Shown here piece after piece: positions 25,317-34,873 of a DNA stretch of 64,000 nucleotides. Under the pieces are notes generated by a model, which saw nothing but the letters and a program-made list of their open reading frames with translations, was not told the origin of the DNA and ran no database searches. Where the stretch lies: positions 1,552-65,551 of the forward strand of contig SVKM01000001.1 in assembly GCA_015068465.1 (NCBI GenBank). The letters run 5' to 3'. Every line of letters starts with the position of its first letter. Positions within the stretch are counted from its first letter, which is position 1. This stretch comes from Oscillospiraceae bacterium. GTDB lineage: Bacteria > Bacillota > Clostridia > Oscillospirales > Oscillospiraceae. The translations under genes and the position numbers were made by a program.

Positions 25317-26846
25317 TTGTTTGCAAAACGCGGGATCACAAACAGGCTCGCCGCGCTGCTGCTTGCGGGCCTTATCGCGGCGGGAGCCCTGGACGTGCCC
25401 GCTTCGGCGGCGAAGCGGAACGCGTACAGCTCGGCTTCCATCGTGTCGGTCGCCCTGGGCGAGCTCGGATACGAGGAGCGCGAAAACAGCAACTACACGA
25501 AATACGGGGTCTGGTACGGCTGCCCCGACGCCTATTGGTGCGATATGTTCGTGTCGTGGTGCGCGAGCCGGGCGGGATATCCGAAGTCCCTTTTCCCGCG
25601 GGACAAGAGCTGTACCTCGCACATGCGCGCTTTTGCGCGGATGGGCGAGTACCATCCGAGCCGGTCCAGAGGCGGGGACTATGTCCCGCTGCAGGGCGAT
25701 CTGATTTTTTTCTATGACGCGGACAGCCACCCGGACGGAAGCGTCCTGATGCACATCGGCATCGTTTTGTATGTGGATGGCGATACCGTCTGCACCATTG
25801 AGGGCAACACCCGGACCACCCGCCGCGATTACGACTACTGCTCGGTCGTGCTGCCGCTGATCCAGGAGGAGCCGGTGTCCATCACCGACTATGTGGCGAT
25901 CAAGCAGTATCGGCTGGGCGACCGCTGCATCCACGGATATGCCGCGCCCAATTACGGCGACCGGACCGCGCTGACGCTGGACGGCCTCGTGGACATGGCG
26001 GAGTATCCGGACGACCTGCCGGCGGTCAACGCGCTGGTGGACGCGGGGATCATGCGCAAGACAAGCGCGCTCACCTTCTCGCCGAAATACGGGATGACGC
26101 GGGGCGAATTTGTGGAAAGCCTGATGGCGCTCTATGAACTCAGCGGCTGCGAAGACGGCACGGTCCCGTTTTCCGACGTGCCCGAAACGGCGAGCTTCGG
26201 CGACGCCCTCCTCACGGCGCGGTCGATCGGCGCGATCGACGCATCGGAGGACAATGCGTTTCATCCGTGGGAATACATTTCCAGCCGGGACGCGCAGGCG
26301 ATCATCTCGAAGACGCTCGCGTACCTCGGCCGTCCGGACCGCACATTCTCCTTCCCGGACGGCGATATGAGCTACCTGCTCACGCAGTACACGAACCGCA
26401 TCGACATTGCGCGCGCGTTTTATCAGCTGCTCGCGGACATGGCGGCGCCGGCGGGCTCGTCCGCCAAAATAACCGTCGACGGAGAGGCGGTGGACTGCCC
26501 GCTCCTGATGGTCGGCGGCGCGAACTATGTCGCGCTCGACGAGGCGCGGCGCAGCATTGTCGAAGACGCCGCGGCGGAGCCGGAGACCGATACGGCGGCC
26601 GACGCCGCGGAGGGCGCGGACGACGCTGCGCGGGAAGAGCCTGCCGTGAAACGCGGGGCAACGCGCGTTTTCGTCGGCACAACGCTTCTCGCCGTCGGCG
26701 AGGAGGAAAAAACAGTCGCTTCCTTCCTGTACGAAGGGAGCGAATACGTCAAAATTCGCGATTTTGCGGACGCCAACGGATTTGAGCTGTCCTGGGACGC
26801 GGACAGCAACACCATTTGCCTCACGCGTCCGAATGCCGCGCGCTGA
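25317..26846 (+). CDS. Secreted CHAP-domain cell-wall hydrolase with SLH-like repeats
   Basis: Signal peptide from TTG 25317 (RBS GAGGAG); WCDMFVSWC and HIGIV...TIEGNT CHAP motifs; FSP...TRGEF and FSDV SLH-like segments. Confidence 0.8.
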   Translation: MFAKRGITNRLAALLLAGLIAAGALDVPASAAKRNAYSSASIVSVALGELGYEERENSNYTKYGVWYGCPDAYWCDMFVSWCASRAGYPKSLFPRDKSCTSHMRAFARMGEYHPSRSRGGDYVPLQGDLIFFYDADSHPDGSVLMHIGIVLYVDGDTVCTIEGNTRTTRRDYDYCSVVLPLIQEEPVSITDYVAIKQYRLGDRCIHGYAAPNYGDRTALTLDGLVDMAEYPDDLPAVNALVDAGIMRKTSALTFSPKYGMTRGEFVESLMALYELSGCEDGTVPFSDVPETASFGDALLTARSIGAIDASEDNAFHPWEYISSRDAQAIISKTLAYLGRPDRTFSFPDGDMSYLLTQYTNRIDIARAFYQLLADMAAPAGSSAKITVDGEAVDCPLLMVGGANYVALDEARRSIVEDAAAEPETDTAADAAEGADDAAREEPAVKRGATRVFVGTTLLAVGEEEKTVASFLYEGSEYVKIRDFADANGFELSWDADSNTICLTRPNAAR

Positions 26847-26909
26847 AGAGGCGGGCGCTCCGGCGCCGCCTGCCGAAAAATGCTTTGATGCAAGCAAGGA
26901 GGAATCCCC

Positions 26910-28352
26910 ATTACCTTTCAATTTTTTCATTTTTGCGACGCCCTCGAGCGCTCGCTCCGCGAGCTCGGCATCAACGAGCCGACGACCATCCAGACCGAGG
27001 TGATCCCCGAGGTCATGCAGGGACACAACGTGCTCGCGCTGGCGCAGACGGGCTCGGGCAAAACGCTCGCCTACGGCGCGCCGATTTTGCAGCAGTTGTA
27101 TGAGCAATCGCCGAAGGAGCACTGCGTCCGCGCGCTCGTGATCGTTCCGACGCGCGAGCTTGCGATGCAGGTGCGCGAGAACGTCCGCTCCTATGCCGAA
27201 TATCTGCCGCTGCGCTGCGAGTGCGTCTTCGGCGGCGTGGACATGGGCAGGCAAATCAAGATGCTCGCAAAGCAGCCGCCCGACGTTCTCGTGTCCACGC
27301 CCGGGCGGCTCAAGGACATCCTGACGCAGCCGAACGCCCCGCAGGGGCTTTTCGAGCAGTGCGGGACCGTCGTGCTGGACGAGGCGGACAAGCTGTTTGA
27401 ATCGACGTTTCTCGCCGACACGAAGCACATCCTCTCCTTTGTCCCCGCGCAGCGGCAGACGCTCATGTTCTCGGCGACGATGCCGAAGCAGATGGAGTCC
27501 ACCGCGCACGAGCTGATGGGAAACTATGTGCGCAAGCTGGCGCAGCCGCGCAACTCCACGGTCGAGACCATCGACCAGTCGCTGTACTACGTCGATCGGG
27601 AAAACAAGTTCCCGCTGCTGCTCCACGTCCTCTCGCGCGGCTTTGACGGAACGGTTCTGATCTTCACGGCGACCAAGTACCGCTCCCGCATGGTGGCGGA
27701 GAAGCTGCGCGAGAACGGCTTCGCCGCCGACGTGACGACCGCCGGCATGAGCATGAATTCGCGCCAGAAGAAATTCGCCGACCTGCGCAGCGGCAAGACG
27801 CGGATCCTGGTCTCGACGAACCTGCTCGCGCGCGGCGTCGACGCGGAGAACGTCTCCCTCATCGTCCAGTACGACATCCCCGACACGCCGCAGGAGTACG
27901 TTCACCGCATCGGGCGCACGGGGCGCGCGGGACGCTCCGGCGAGGCGGTCGCGCTGAGCGAGTATTGGGAGCAGAAATACATCCGCAACATCGAAAAGCT
28001 GATGGCGAAGCCGATCCCCGTGGTCACGGACCATCCCTATCCCATGACCTGCTTTGAGATCCCGCGCGACCGGCACGGCAAACCCGTGGATCCCAACGTG
28101 CAGGAGTCCCGGAACGCGGCGCGGGCATTCCGCGCGGAGCAGGCGGCAAAGCGCGCGGAGAAGGAGCGGCAGGACGCGGCGCGCCTGCCGGAAGAGGAGC
28201 CGCGCCGGGAGGCCGCGGCGGTACGGGCGCAGGAATCGCCGCAGCCCGCCGCGCAGCCGCCCGAGGAGGAAAAGGAGGCGCCGAAGCGCCGTCGCAGAAG
28301 GCGGCGCCGCCCCCGCCGCAGGCAGCCGGGCGAGACCGCCTGTGACGGCTGA
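26910..28352 (+). CDS. DEAD-box RNA helicase, apparently starting at ATT 26910
   Basis: Q motif (F...L.ELGINEPTTIQ) lies upstream of the ORF-track start; AQTGSGKT, PTRELA, DEAD, SAT, ARG.D, HRIGRTGRAG; Arg-rich tail. Confidence 0.9.
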   Translation: MTFQFFHFCDALERSLRELGINEPTTIQTEVIPEVMQGHNVLALAQTGSGKTLAYGAPILQQLYEQSPKEHCVRALVIVPTRELAMQVRENVRSYAEYLPLRCECVFGGVDMGRQIKMLAKQPPDVLVSTPGRLKDILTQPNAPQGLFEQCGTVVLDEADKLFESTFLADTKHILSFVPAQRQTLMFSATMPKQMESTAHELMGNYVRKLAQPRNSTVETIDQSLYYVDRENKFPLLLHVLSRGFDGTVLIFTATKYRSRMVAEKLRENGFAADVTTAGMSMNSRQKKFADLRSGKTRILVSTNLLARGVDAENVSLIVQYDIPDTPQEYVHRIGRTGRAGRSGEAVALSEYWEQKYIRNIEKLMAKPIPVVTDHPYPMTCFEIPRDRHGKPVDPNVQESRNAARAFRAEQAAKRAEKERQDAARLPEEEPRREAAAVRAQESPQPAAQPPEEEKEAPKRRRRRRRRPRRRQPGETACDG

Positions 28353-28388
28353 CGCCGGTTTTGCGCCCTGCGGCGGGAAGAATTGCTG

Positions 28389-28426
28389 AAAAGCGCGCAG
28401 AGAGTACGCTCTCTGCGCGCTTTTTT
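28389..28426. terminator. Bidirectional terminator
   Basis: AAAAGCGCGCAGAGAG-TACG-CTCTCTGCGCGCTTTTTT. Confidence 0.85.
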
Positions 28427-28444
28427 AAATCGCTGTTTTCCGGC

Positions 28445-30559
28445 CTAGGTATAGCACGCGATCAGCCGGTCCAGCGCATCCTGCTTGATTTGCAGATAAT
28501 CGCCTCCGCCCATCTCGTCCCGCACCCTTGCGGCGCAGCGCTCCGCCGCATTCGTGCCGTCGGCGCCGATCCCGTTGACGATCGCGTCGACCAGCAGGTT
28601 TTCTCCGCCGATCGCCGCCGAAAAGGAGGTTTCCAGCTCCGTGTGGATGCCGAGCAGGTCGCTCTCCACGCTCGTAAGCGGGAAGACCGTCGGTACGGAG
28701 GTGTACCATTTGTTGCGCGAAAGGTACGGAACGCGCGGCTCGGGATGATGGATCACGCCGAGCGCGATCGCGGCGGAAATGTGGCCGGCGCCTTCCTTGC
28801 TGACCTCGTCCAGACACTGGTATTCAAACGCCTGGCTCTTGATGAACCCCAGCGTAGAGCCCAGATAGCGCCGCGCGTAGTTCACGCAGCTGCCGTCCGC
28901 TTTTTCCCACAGCTCGTCGTAAGCCGCCTCCGCGATCTGCGGCATCTGCGCGCCGTTGAAGGAAAACGTCGCATAGCTGCCGTCCGGGTTTGTCTTGATA
29001 AAGGCGCCCGGGCCGTAGGACATGAGGATCACGCCCTCGTCGCTGTAGGCATAGTCGATGAGCCGCAGCGCGGCGCAGAGTTTGTCGGGGTCGCCTATGA
29101 CGCCGGAGCGGGAAATGCCCCAGCCCGAGGACTTGACGCTGCGCCAGGATTCGGTGAAGCGCATATACTTGCTCCCCAGCGTGCCGTCCTGCCAGCGGGC
29201 GATGGGCGGCAGTACCGGCATATAGCGCGCGTCCTCGCCGGCCTGCGCCTGATTGCAGTCGTAGTGCAGAAAGCCCGTGCCGCGCGCGAGCATTTCCCCG
29301 CCGGTCATATCGCCGCCGTTCAGGAAGGAGTCCGAGATCAAGCCCTCGCGCGCCATATCGTGCATCCGTTCCAGCGCCCGGTAGGTATCCGCTTCCTGCC
29401 TCGCGTCGTGCAGCCCGCCGGTGATGTCGAGATAGAGGTAGTCCTGACGGGAATCCAGCCCGCGCACGCCGAAAAGCTCCCCGGCAAAGCGCACCAGATC
29501 GACGCGGCGCCGGTTGTTCCCGTCCTCGCGGGTAAAGAGGCCCTGAACCGAATCCGTCCCGTTGAGCGTCTGCGGATTGGCGACGACGCAGCGCAGCAGC
29601 GCGACCAGCTCGTCCGCGTCCCAGGCGGCGTTCTGCCCGACAAAAAGGTCGGAGCGCTTCGTGCCGTAGTAGCCGTTGTACGCCTTGTCGATGTAGGAGC
29701 GGAGCATATTCACCGCGGCGACGCCGGAGAGCTTCCCAGCGTCGTTCATCTTTTGGATGATATTGCCCGCCGCGTCGTAATCCTTGGAGACGATCTCCTT
29801 TTTCGACCCGTCCGCCCTGACCACGTCGACGAGCACCCTGCCGGAGGTCGGCATATAGGGGCGGTAATATGTTTCGGCGATCGTGCCGCTTGCGGGCGCG
29901 GAGAACGCGCCGCTGCCGTCGAGCAGCGTCTCCACCCAGTCCGCGCGCATCAGCGGTATGCGCTCGACGTCGTCGACGCCGTCAAGGTACGGCGCATAGT
30001 AAACGGAGCCGACGTCGGTGTTGCCCGTGATGGACAATCGGACGACGGGATTGTCGTCAAGATATGCCTTGAAATGCGGCATGAGATCGAGATACTGGGC
30101 GATGTCGAGCAGCTTGCCCGCCTCTCCGGCTTCGGTCAGCTTGTCCGCCGGGCCGCTGACCAGGTCGATCTCGTCCATGCGATGCGACCAATAGGCGAGC
30201 TCCCTCCCGGCGCCGCTGCCCTGGTATTTGTCCTCAAAACCAATGCCAAGGCGCCGTCCCGCCTCCGCCCAGGTCGGCTTGAGATCGCCGGCGTGGTAGG
30301 TGATCCCGTCCGCGAGGGTCACGCCGCCGCCGGCGGTCTCCGCGTCAAAGCTCAGACCTGTCCGCGCGGAGCCGCAGCCCGTCGCCATGCGCAGCACCGT
30401 GCCCTCGGCGTAGGAGAGCTCCGTGGGGAGCGGCGCTTTTTCCGTGTGCCGCACCGGAGCGGCAGCCGGCTCCTGCGCCGCGCCGCCGGCAGGCGCGCCG
30501 CAGCCGCAGAGCAGGGAGACCGCCAGCAGCAGCGCGAGCAAAGATGTGTTCCGTCTCAT
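28445..30559 (-). CDS. Extracellular solute-binding lipoprotein (sugar-binding family-like)
   Basis: Lipobox LLCGC; LLDIAQYLDLMPHF, RADWVE, SSGWGIS...ALRLIDY.YS.EG...YG; start overlaps the kinase stop. Confidence 0.75.
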   Translation of the reverse strand: MRRNTSLLALLLAVSLLCGCGAPAGGAAQEPAAAPVRHTEKAPLPTELSYAEGTVLRMATGCGSARTGLSFDAETAGGGVTLADGITYHAGDLKPTWAEAGRRLGIGFEDKYQGSGAGRELAYWSHRMDEIDLVSGPADKLTEAGEAGKLLDIAQYLDLMPHFKAYLDDNPVVRLSITGNTDVGSVYYAPYLDGVDDVERIPLMRADWVETLLDGSGAFSAPASGTIAETYYRPYMPTSGRVLVDVVRADGSKKEIVSKDYDAAGNIIQKMNDAGKLSGVAAVNMLRSYIDKAYNGYYGTKRSDLFVGQNAAWDADELVALLRCVVANPQTLNGTDSVQGLFTREDGNNRRRVDLVRFAGELFGVRGLDSRQDYLYLDITGGLHDARQEADTYRALERMHDMAREGLISDSFLNGGDMTGGEMLARGTGFLHYDCNQAQAGEDARYMPVLPPIARWQDGTLGSKYMRFTESWRSVKSSGWGISRSGVIGDPDKLCAALRLIDYAYSDEGVILMSYGPGAFIKTNPDGSYATFSFNGAQMPQIAEAAYDELWEKADGSCVNYARRYLGSTLGFIKSQAFEYQCLDEVSKEGAGHISAAIALGVIHHPEPRVPYLSRNKWYTSVPTVFPLTSVESDLLGIHTELETSFSAAIGGENLLVDAIVNGIGADGTNAAERCAARVRDEMGGGDYLQIKQDALDRLIACYT

Positions 30560-33500
30560 GCCTTTTCTCTCCCGTTGAGCAGCTCATTCACCTGCTCCCA
30601 GTCAAAGCCCGCGATCGCGCTTTTGACCTTTTCGAGCCGTTCCCGGTCCTCCTTCGGAAGGCGGAAGAGCGCAAGGCACTCAAAAACGCCCGCCGGACTG
30701 TCCGCGTCCATGTTTGCGGCGAATTCGCGGAGGCAGTCGTACGCCTCGCGCAGCTCGTTGTCGGATATGAGCGGCAGCGATCCGTCGTCTTCCGCGGTCT
30801 CGCCGCCGCCGCGCAGCGGCGCGAGCGCCGCGCAGATCGCGCGGATGCGCGCGAGCAGGTCGGGAAGGCCCGCGCCGAGCGTTTCCGTATCGCCCGCCTT
30901 GCCCGCAAGCTCCAGCTTCTCCGCCAGCGCGCCTGTGCTCTCCGCGCCGATGGTGCGGGACATGCTCTTGATCGCGTGCACCTTGACCGTGGTGTTCGCC
31001 GCATCGCCAGCGCGCCAGAGGCCCTCGATCTCGTCCGCCGCGCCGGCGGCGTTGCTGGCGTAGATCGCCAGCGTGTCCAGATAGGACTCCGCCGAGCCGC
31101 AGTGCGCAAGCCCTTGCCCGACGTCCAGACCGTCGATCTTCCGCAGCCAGTCCGGAAGAGGCGCGGGCGGCTCCGCTTCCGCGCCGGTATCGCCGGCGTC
31201 CGCCGCGCGCAGCTTCTCTTCGGGCAGATACTGCATCAGGATGTCCTCCAGCCTGCCCGAATCGATCGGCTTGGTCAGGTAATCGTCGAAGCCCGCGGCG
31301 AGATACTGCTCCCGCGCGCCCGAGACGGCGTTCGCGGTCAGGCAGACCGCCGGCGTTTGCAGGTTTGGATTCCCCGCCTCGGCGCGCAGCTCATGCAGCG
31401 TTTCGATGCCGTCCTTCTTCGGCATCATGTGATCGAAGAAGATGAGGTCGTACTGTTTGCCGCGCGTGAGCGCAAGCCCTTCGTCGCCGCTTTCCGCCGT
31501 GTCGATCTGCACGAGCGTGCGCTTCAAAAGGCTCCGGAACACCGTGAGGTTCATCGGCGTGTCGTCGACCACCAGCACACGGGCGTCGGGCGCGGTGAAC
31601 TTCTCGCGGTATTTTTTCCGCCCCGAGAGCGAGGCGCGGTAGGACGCCTCGTAGTCGCCGAGCGCGTCCCATTTGACGACCTTCTGCTTCAAACGGAACG
31701 AGAACGTCGAGCCCTCGCCGTAGACGCTTTCGACCTCCAGGCGGCTCCCCATCATTTCCAAAAGCCGCTTGGTGATGTTCATGCCGAGGCCGGTGCCCTC
31801 AATGTTGCGGTTGCGCTTTTCCTCGATGCGCTCAAATTCCGAAAAGAGCTTTTCGATGTCCCCGGGCTTGATGCCGATGCCGGTGTCCTTGACCGAAACG
31901 TCGAGGAATACGCCGTCCGGCTCGTCGGGGATGCGCTCATAGCCGACGTGGAACGTAACGCCGCCTTTTTCCGTGTATTTGACGGCGTTGGTGAGGATGT
32001 TCGTGACGACCTGCTTGATGCGCACCTCGTCGCCGTGGAGGAGCCTGGGCATCGTTTCGTCGAAATCGAGCGAAAGCCGCAGGCCCTTGTCCTCCGCGCG
32101 GGTCTGGATCATGGTCACAAGATCGTTGAGAACGGAGGAAATGTCGTAGTCCACGGGCAGGATCTCCATTTTGCCCGCCTCGATCTTGGAGAAGTCAAGG
32201 ATGTCGTTGATCAGGCCGAGCAGCGTGTTGCCCGCCGCCTTGATGCTTTCCGCGTAGAGGAGGATGTTTTCGTCCTCGCACTCGCGCAGGGTCATTTCGT
32301 TCATGCCGAGGACGGCGTTGATGGGCGTGCGGATCTCGTGCGACATGTTGGCGAGGAAGTGGGACTTTGCCTGGTTCGCGTATTCCGCCTCCTCCTTGGA
32401 CTCCTTGATCTGCGCGTACTGGCGGTTGATGATCCGGTGATAGTTTTCGGACATCCACATGCCCACCGCGAGCGAGAACACGAGAAAGCCGGAGGCAATG
32501 AGAATGACGCGCAGCAGGAAATCCCAGACATATTCGCTCAGATCCTCCATCGACACGTCCGCGCCCGCGTAGGCGACGCAGTATCCGTCCAGATCGTAAA
32601 TCGGCTGATACACCGTGAGCAGCCAGCCGAACGCGTCGTTGCTCTCGACCGGGGCGATCTCGCCGCCGGCGAGAAGCGCCGGGAGATACGGCTCGAACGA
32701 GGGGTCAAAGGGCATCACGTCGCCGGGCTCATAGGAGTCCTCGCCCGCCGGCGCGGTGTCGAACACCACATGGCAGCCGTCCTCCTCTATGCGATAGATA
32801 TAGACATACTTGAGATAGGGCGTATTGTCCCGGATGCGCTGCAGGCTTTTTCGCACGTCCGCGTAGCTCTGCGCGGCATGGCCGCGCTCCAGATAGACGT
32901 CGATCAGCCGCGGATCGACGGATTCCACGGTCTGCTGCGCCGCGCCGGTGGCGATCTCGATGCGCTCCCTTCTCGCGTTTTCGGTGTAAAGCGCGACGCT
33001 GATCCACGCGCACACCGCCACGAGCGAGATCGCCCCTGCCGTCAGCGCCGCCAGAATGCGGCGGTGCTGGCGGTTGAGGTCGAAGCGTTCGGGGTCGTCC
33101 GTGCGGTTGAGGCTGCGGATCGACTCGCGCGTCTGCACGGGCAGAACGCGCATGGCAAGCGCCACAACCGCCGTTGTGATGAACTTGTCCGCGATGTTCA
33201 GCGCCAGATTCATCAGCATCAGCGCAGGGAACCGCCCGATGTCCGCGAGGCCGACGACCCGGTCCACATAGGGGACGGAGACGAAGTCCACGCTGATGAT
33301 CGTGTTCAGGCTCCACGCGATCAGCCCGCCGAGCACGCCGCCGATGAGCGAGAGCGTCAGAGCGAAGAAAAAGAACCCGCCCTTGCGCTTGAGCACGTCC
33401 TTGTAGAGCATGCGCGAGGCGCTGATGGCGACGCAGATGTTGACGATCGCGAAATAGGCGGACATCCGGCTGAACGACATGCACAGCAGATTGGACGCCA

Positions 33501-33705
33501 GCGCCGTCAGGATCGCGGCGAGCGGCCCGCACTCCCACGCCACGAGGATCGTGCCGATGGTGTCGAGGTACAGCGGCAGCCCGAGCGCCTGCACTGCCAG
33601 CGACAGCAGGACGTTGAGCGCGACGCCGCACAGAACGATGCCGTCCCGCGCCAGCCTGACGCGGTCCACGCGCAGCCCGGATGCTTTGTTCGGAATATCC
33701 TGCAT
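30556..33705 (-). CDS. Hybrid sensor histidine kinase (membrane domain - HisKA - HATPase - REC - Hpt)
   Basis: FLANMSHEIRTP, NAVKYT, DTGIGI, GTGLG, LVVDD, FFDHMMP, VHAIKS. Confidence 0.93.
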   Translation of the reverse strand: MQDIPNKASGLRVDRVRLARDGIVLCGVALNVLLSLAVQALGLPLYLDTIGTILVAWECGPLAAILTALASNLLCMSFSRMSAYFAIVNICVAISASRMLYKDVLKRKGGFFFFALTLSLIGGVLGGLIAWSLNTIISVDFVSVPYVDRVVGLADIGRFPALMLMNLALNIADKFITTAVVALAMRVLPVQTRESIRSLNRTDDPERFDLNRQHRRILAALTAGAISLVAVCAWISVALYTENARRERIEIATGAAQQTVESVDPRLIDVYLERGHAAQSYADVRKSLQRIRDNTPYLKYVYIYRIEEDGCHVVFDTAPAGEDSYEPGDVMPFDPSFEPYLPALLAGGEIAPVESNDAFGWLLTVYQPIYDLDGYCVAYAGADVSMEDLSEYVWDFLLRVILIASGFLVFSLAVGMWMSENYHRIINRQYAQIKESKEEAEYANQAKSHFLANMSHEIRTPINAVLGMNEMTLRECEDENILLYAESIKAAGNTLLGLINDILDFSKIEAGKMEILPVDYDISSVLNDLVTMIQTRAEDKGLRLSLDFDETMPRLLHGDEVRIKQVVTNILTNAVKYTEKGGVTFHVGYERIPDEPDGVFLDVSVKDTGIGIKPGDIEKLFSEFERIEEKRNRNIEGTGLGMNITKRLLEMMGSRLEVESVYGEGSTFSFRLKQKVVKWDALGDYEASYRASLSGRKKYREKFTAPDARVLVVDDTPMNLTVFRSLLKRTLVQIDTAESGDEGLALTRGKQYDLIFFDHMMPKKDGIETLHELRAEAGNPNLQTPAVCLTANAVSGAREQYLAAGFDDYLTKPIDSGRLEDILMQYLPEEKLRAADAGDTGAEAEPPAPLPDWLRKIDGLDVGQGLAHCGSAESYLDTLAIYASNAAGAADEIEGLWRAGDAANTTVKVHAIKSMSRTIGAESTGALAEKLELAGKAGDTETLGAGLPDLLARIRAICAALAPLRGGGETAEDDGSLPLISDNELREAYDCLREFAANMDADSPAGVFECLALFRLPKEDRERLEKVKSAIAGFDWEQVNELLNGREKA

Positions 33706-33756
33706 GCTTTCTCTCTCCTTTGGCGCCGGGCGCCGGATGTGCTTTCTGTCTGCGCC

Positions 33757-34683
33757 TTATTTGCGGTTTTTCTCCTTGGCGCGCTTGTCGTTGATGATCT
33801 TCATGTGCTCGGCGGTGACGAGCTCGACATTGTTCTCCTTCGCCCAGGCCACGCAGCCGCGGAGCACCGTGGGAAGGAACACGCGGGGAACGTTGAGAAT
33901 GGTCTCGAGCGCGTCGTCGGTGAATTTCACCTTGTCGTCGGCGCGGTCGGCGGCGTAGCGCACCGATTCGAGCGACGCCTTGCGGATGGGCAGCAGCTCC
34001 GCGATCATGCGGCGGTGGCGGTGGAACCAGAAATTCTTGCTGTCGCGGTAGCCGAAGTCCACCGGCAGCGGCGGGAAATCCCGCGCGCGCACGCCGTTGA
34101 TGATCGCGTCGCTGTATTTTTTCTTCATCAGGATGCGGTCCACGCGCAGAATGAAGTGCGCGCCGAACTGCGAGGTGATGCCGTTGAAATCATGGTAGGG
34201 CGGCTCGTAGCCGTCGAGCACGCCGGGCTTGTCGTCCTGCGCGCCGTCCAGCTCGCGCATCCAGGTGCATTCGATGACCTCGATGGCGTCGGTGAGGACC
34301 TCCGGGCGCTTCTCTCCCGTCTGCTCCTCGATCTGGCTCTTCTCGCGGCGAAAATTGCACTTGGGCATTTTGTCCTCCGGCTTGTCGCCGGGCCAGCTGA
34401 GCTTGACGCACTCGCGGAACGTCGCGCGCTTGTCGTCGACAAAGTTGATCGCGCACTTGCCGGTGCGCAGGATGTTCTGCGCGGTGTTGGAGGAGTTGCG
34501 GCAGCACAGGAGCATCGCGTAGTATTCCTTCCCCGCCACATAGTAGGGCTGGCAGAGGGAATACGGCCCCAGCGTGGTGGAGCCGTCCTCGCACAGCGTG
34601 CTGACGACGACGGTCGGCATGGGGAAGTACAGGGACGTCTGGTAGAAATTATCCACCACTCTCAGGTTTTCAAAGCTCGACAT
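33757..34683 (-). CDS. Flavin reductase-like (split-barrel) protein with C-terminal PCP_red-like domain
   Basis: PTVVVST...TTLGPYSL, T..NI.RTG.C.IN; C-terminal KFTDDALE.I.NVP..F...V....AKE.....VT.EH; start ATG 34683. Confidence 0.65.
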   Translation of the reverse strand: MSSFENLRVVDNFYQTSLYFPMPTVVVSTLCEDGSTTLGPYSLCQPYYVAGKEYYAMLLCCRNSSNTAQNILRTGKCAINFVDDKRATFRECVKLSWPGDKPEDKMPKCNFRREKSQIEEQTGEKRPEVLTDAIEVIECTWMRELDGAQDDKPGVLDGYEPPYHDFNGITSQFGAHFILRVDRILMKKKYSDAIINGVRARDFPPLPVDFGYRDSKNFWFHRHRRMIAELLPIRKASLESVRYAADRADDKVKFTDDALETILNVPRVFLPTVLRGCVAWAKENNVELVTAEHMKIINDKRAKEKNRK

Positions 34684-34873
34684 GGGTTGGCCCTCCTTGC
34701 ATCGTGGATGTGTCTGTAAAAAGAGTTTACGCATTCTCCGGGGCACTGTCAAGAGTCCGTATCGCGCGCGGGGCGCGGCCGGGCGCTTTGCTTGACAGCG
34801 CGGGGGTTATCTTCTATACTATCCCTTGCGCGCTCTGGGAAACAGGGCGCTTTTCATGGAAAGGTAAGATGTT

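Noticed and set aside
26816-27103. Upstream ORF MQARRNPHY... frameshifting into the helicase via T-runs
   Set aside because: That ATG has no SD, whereas SD spacing and Q-motif homology fit a direct ATT start.
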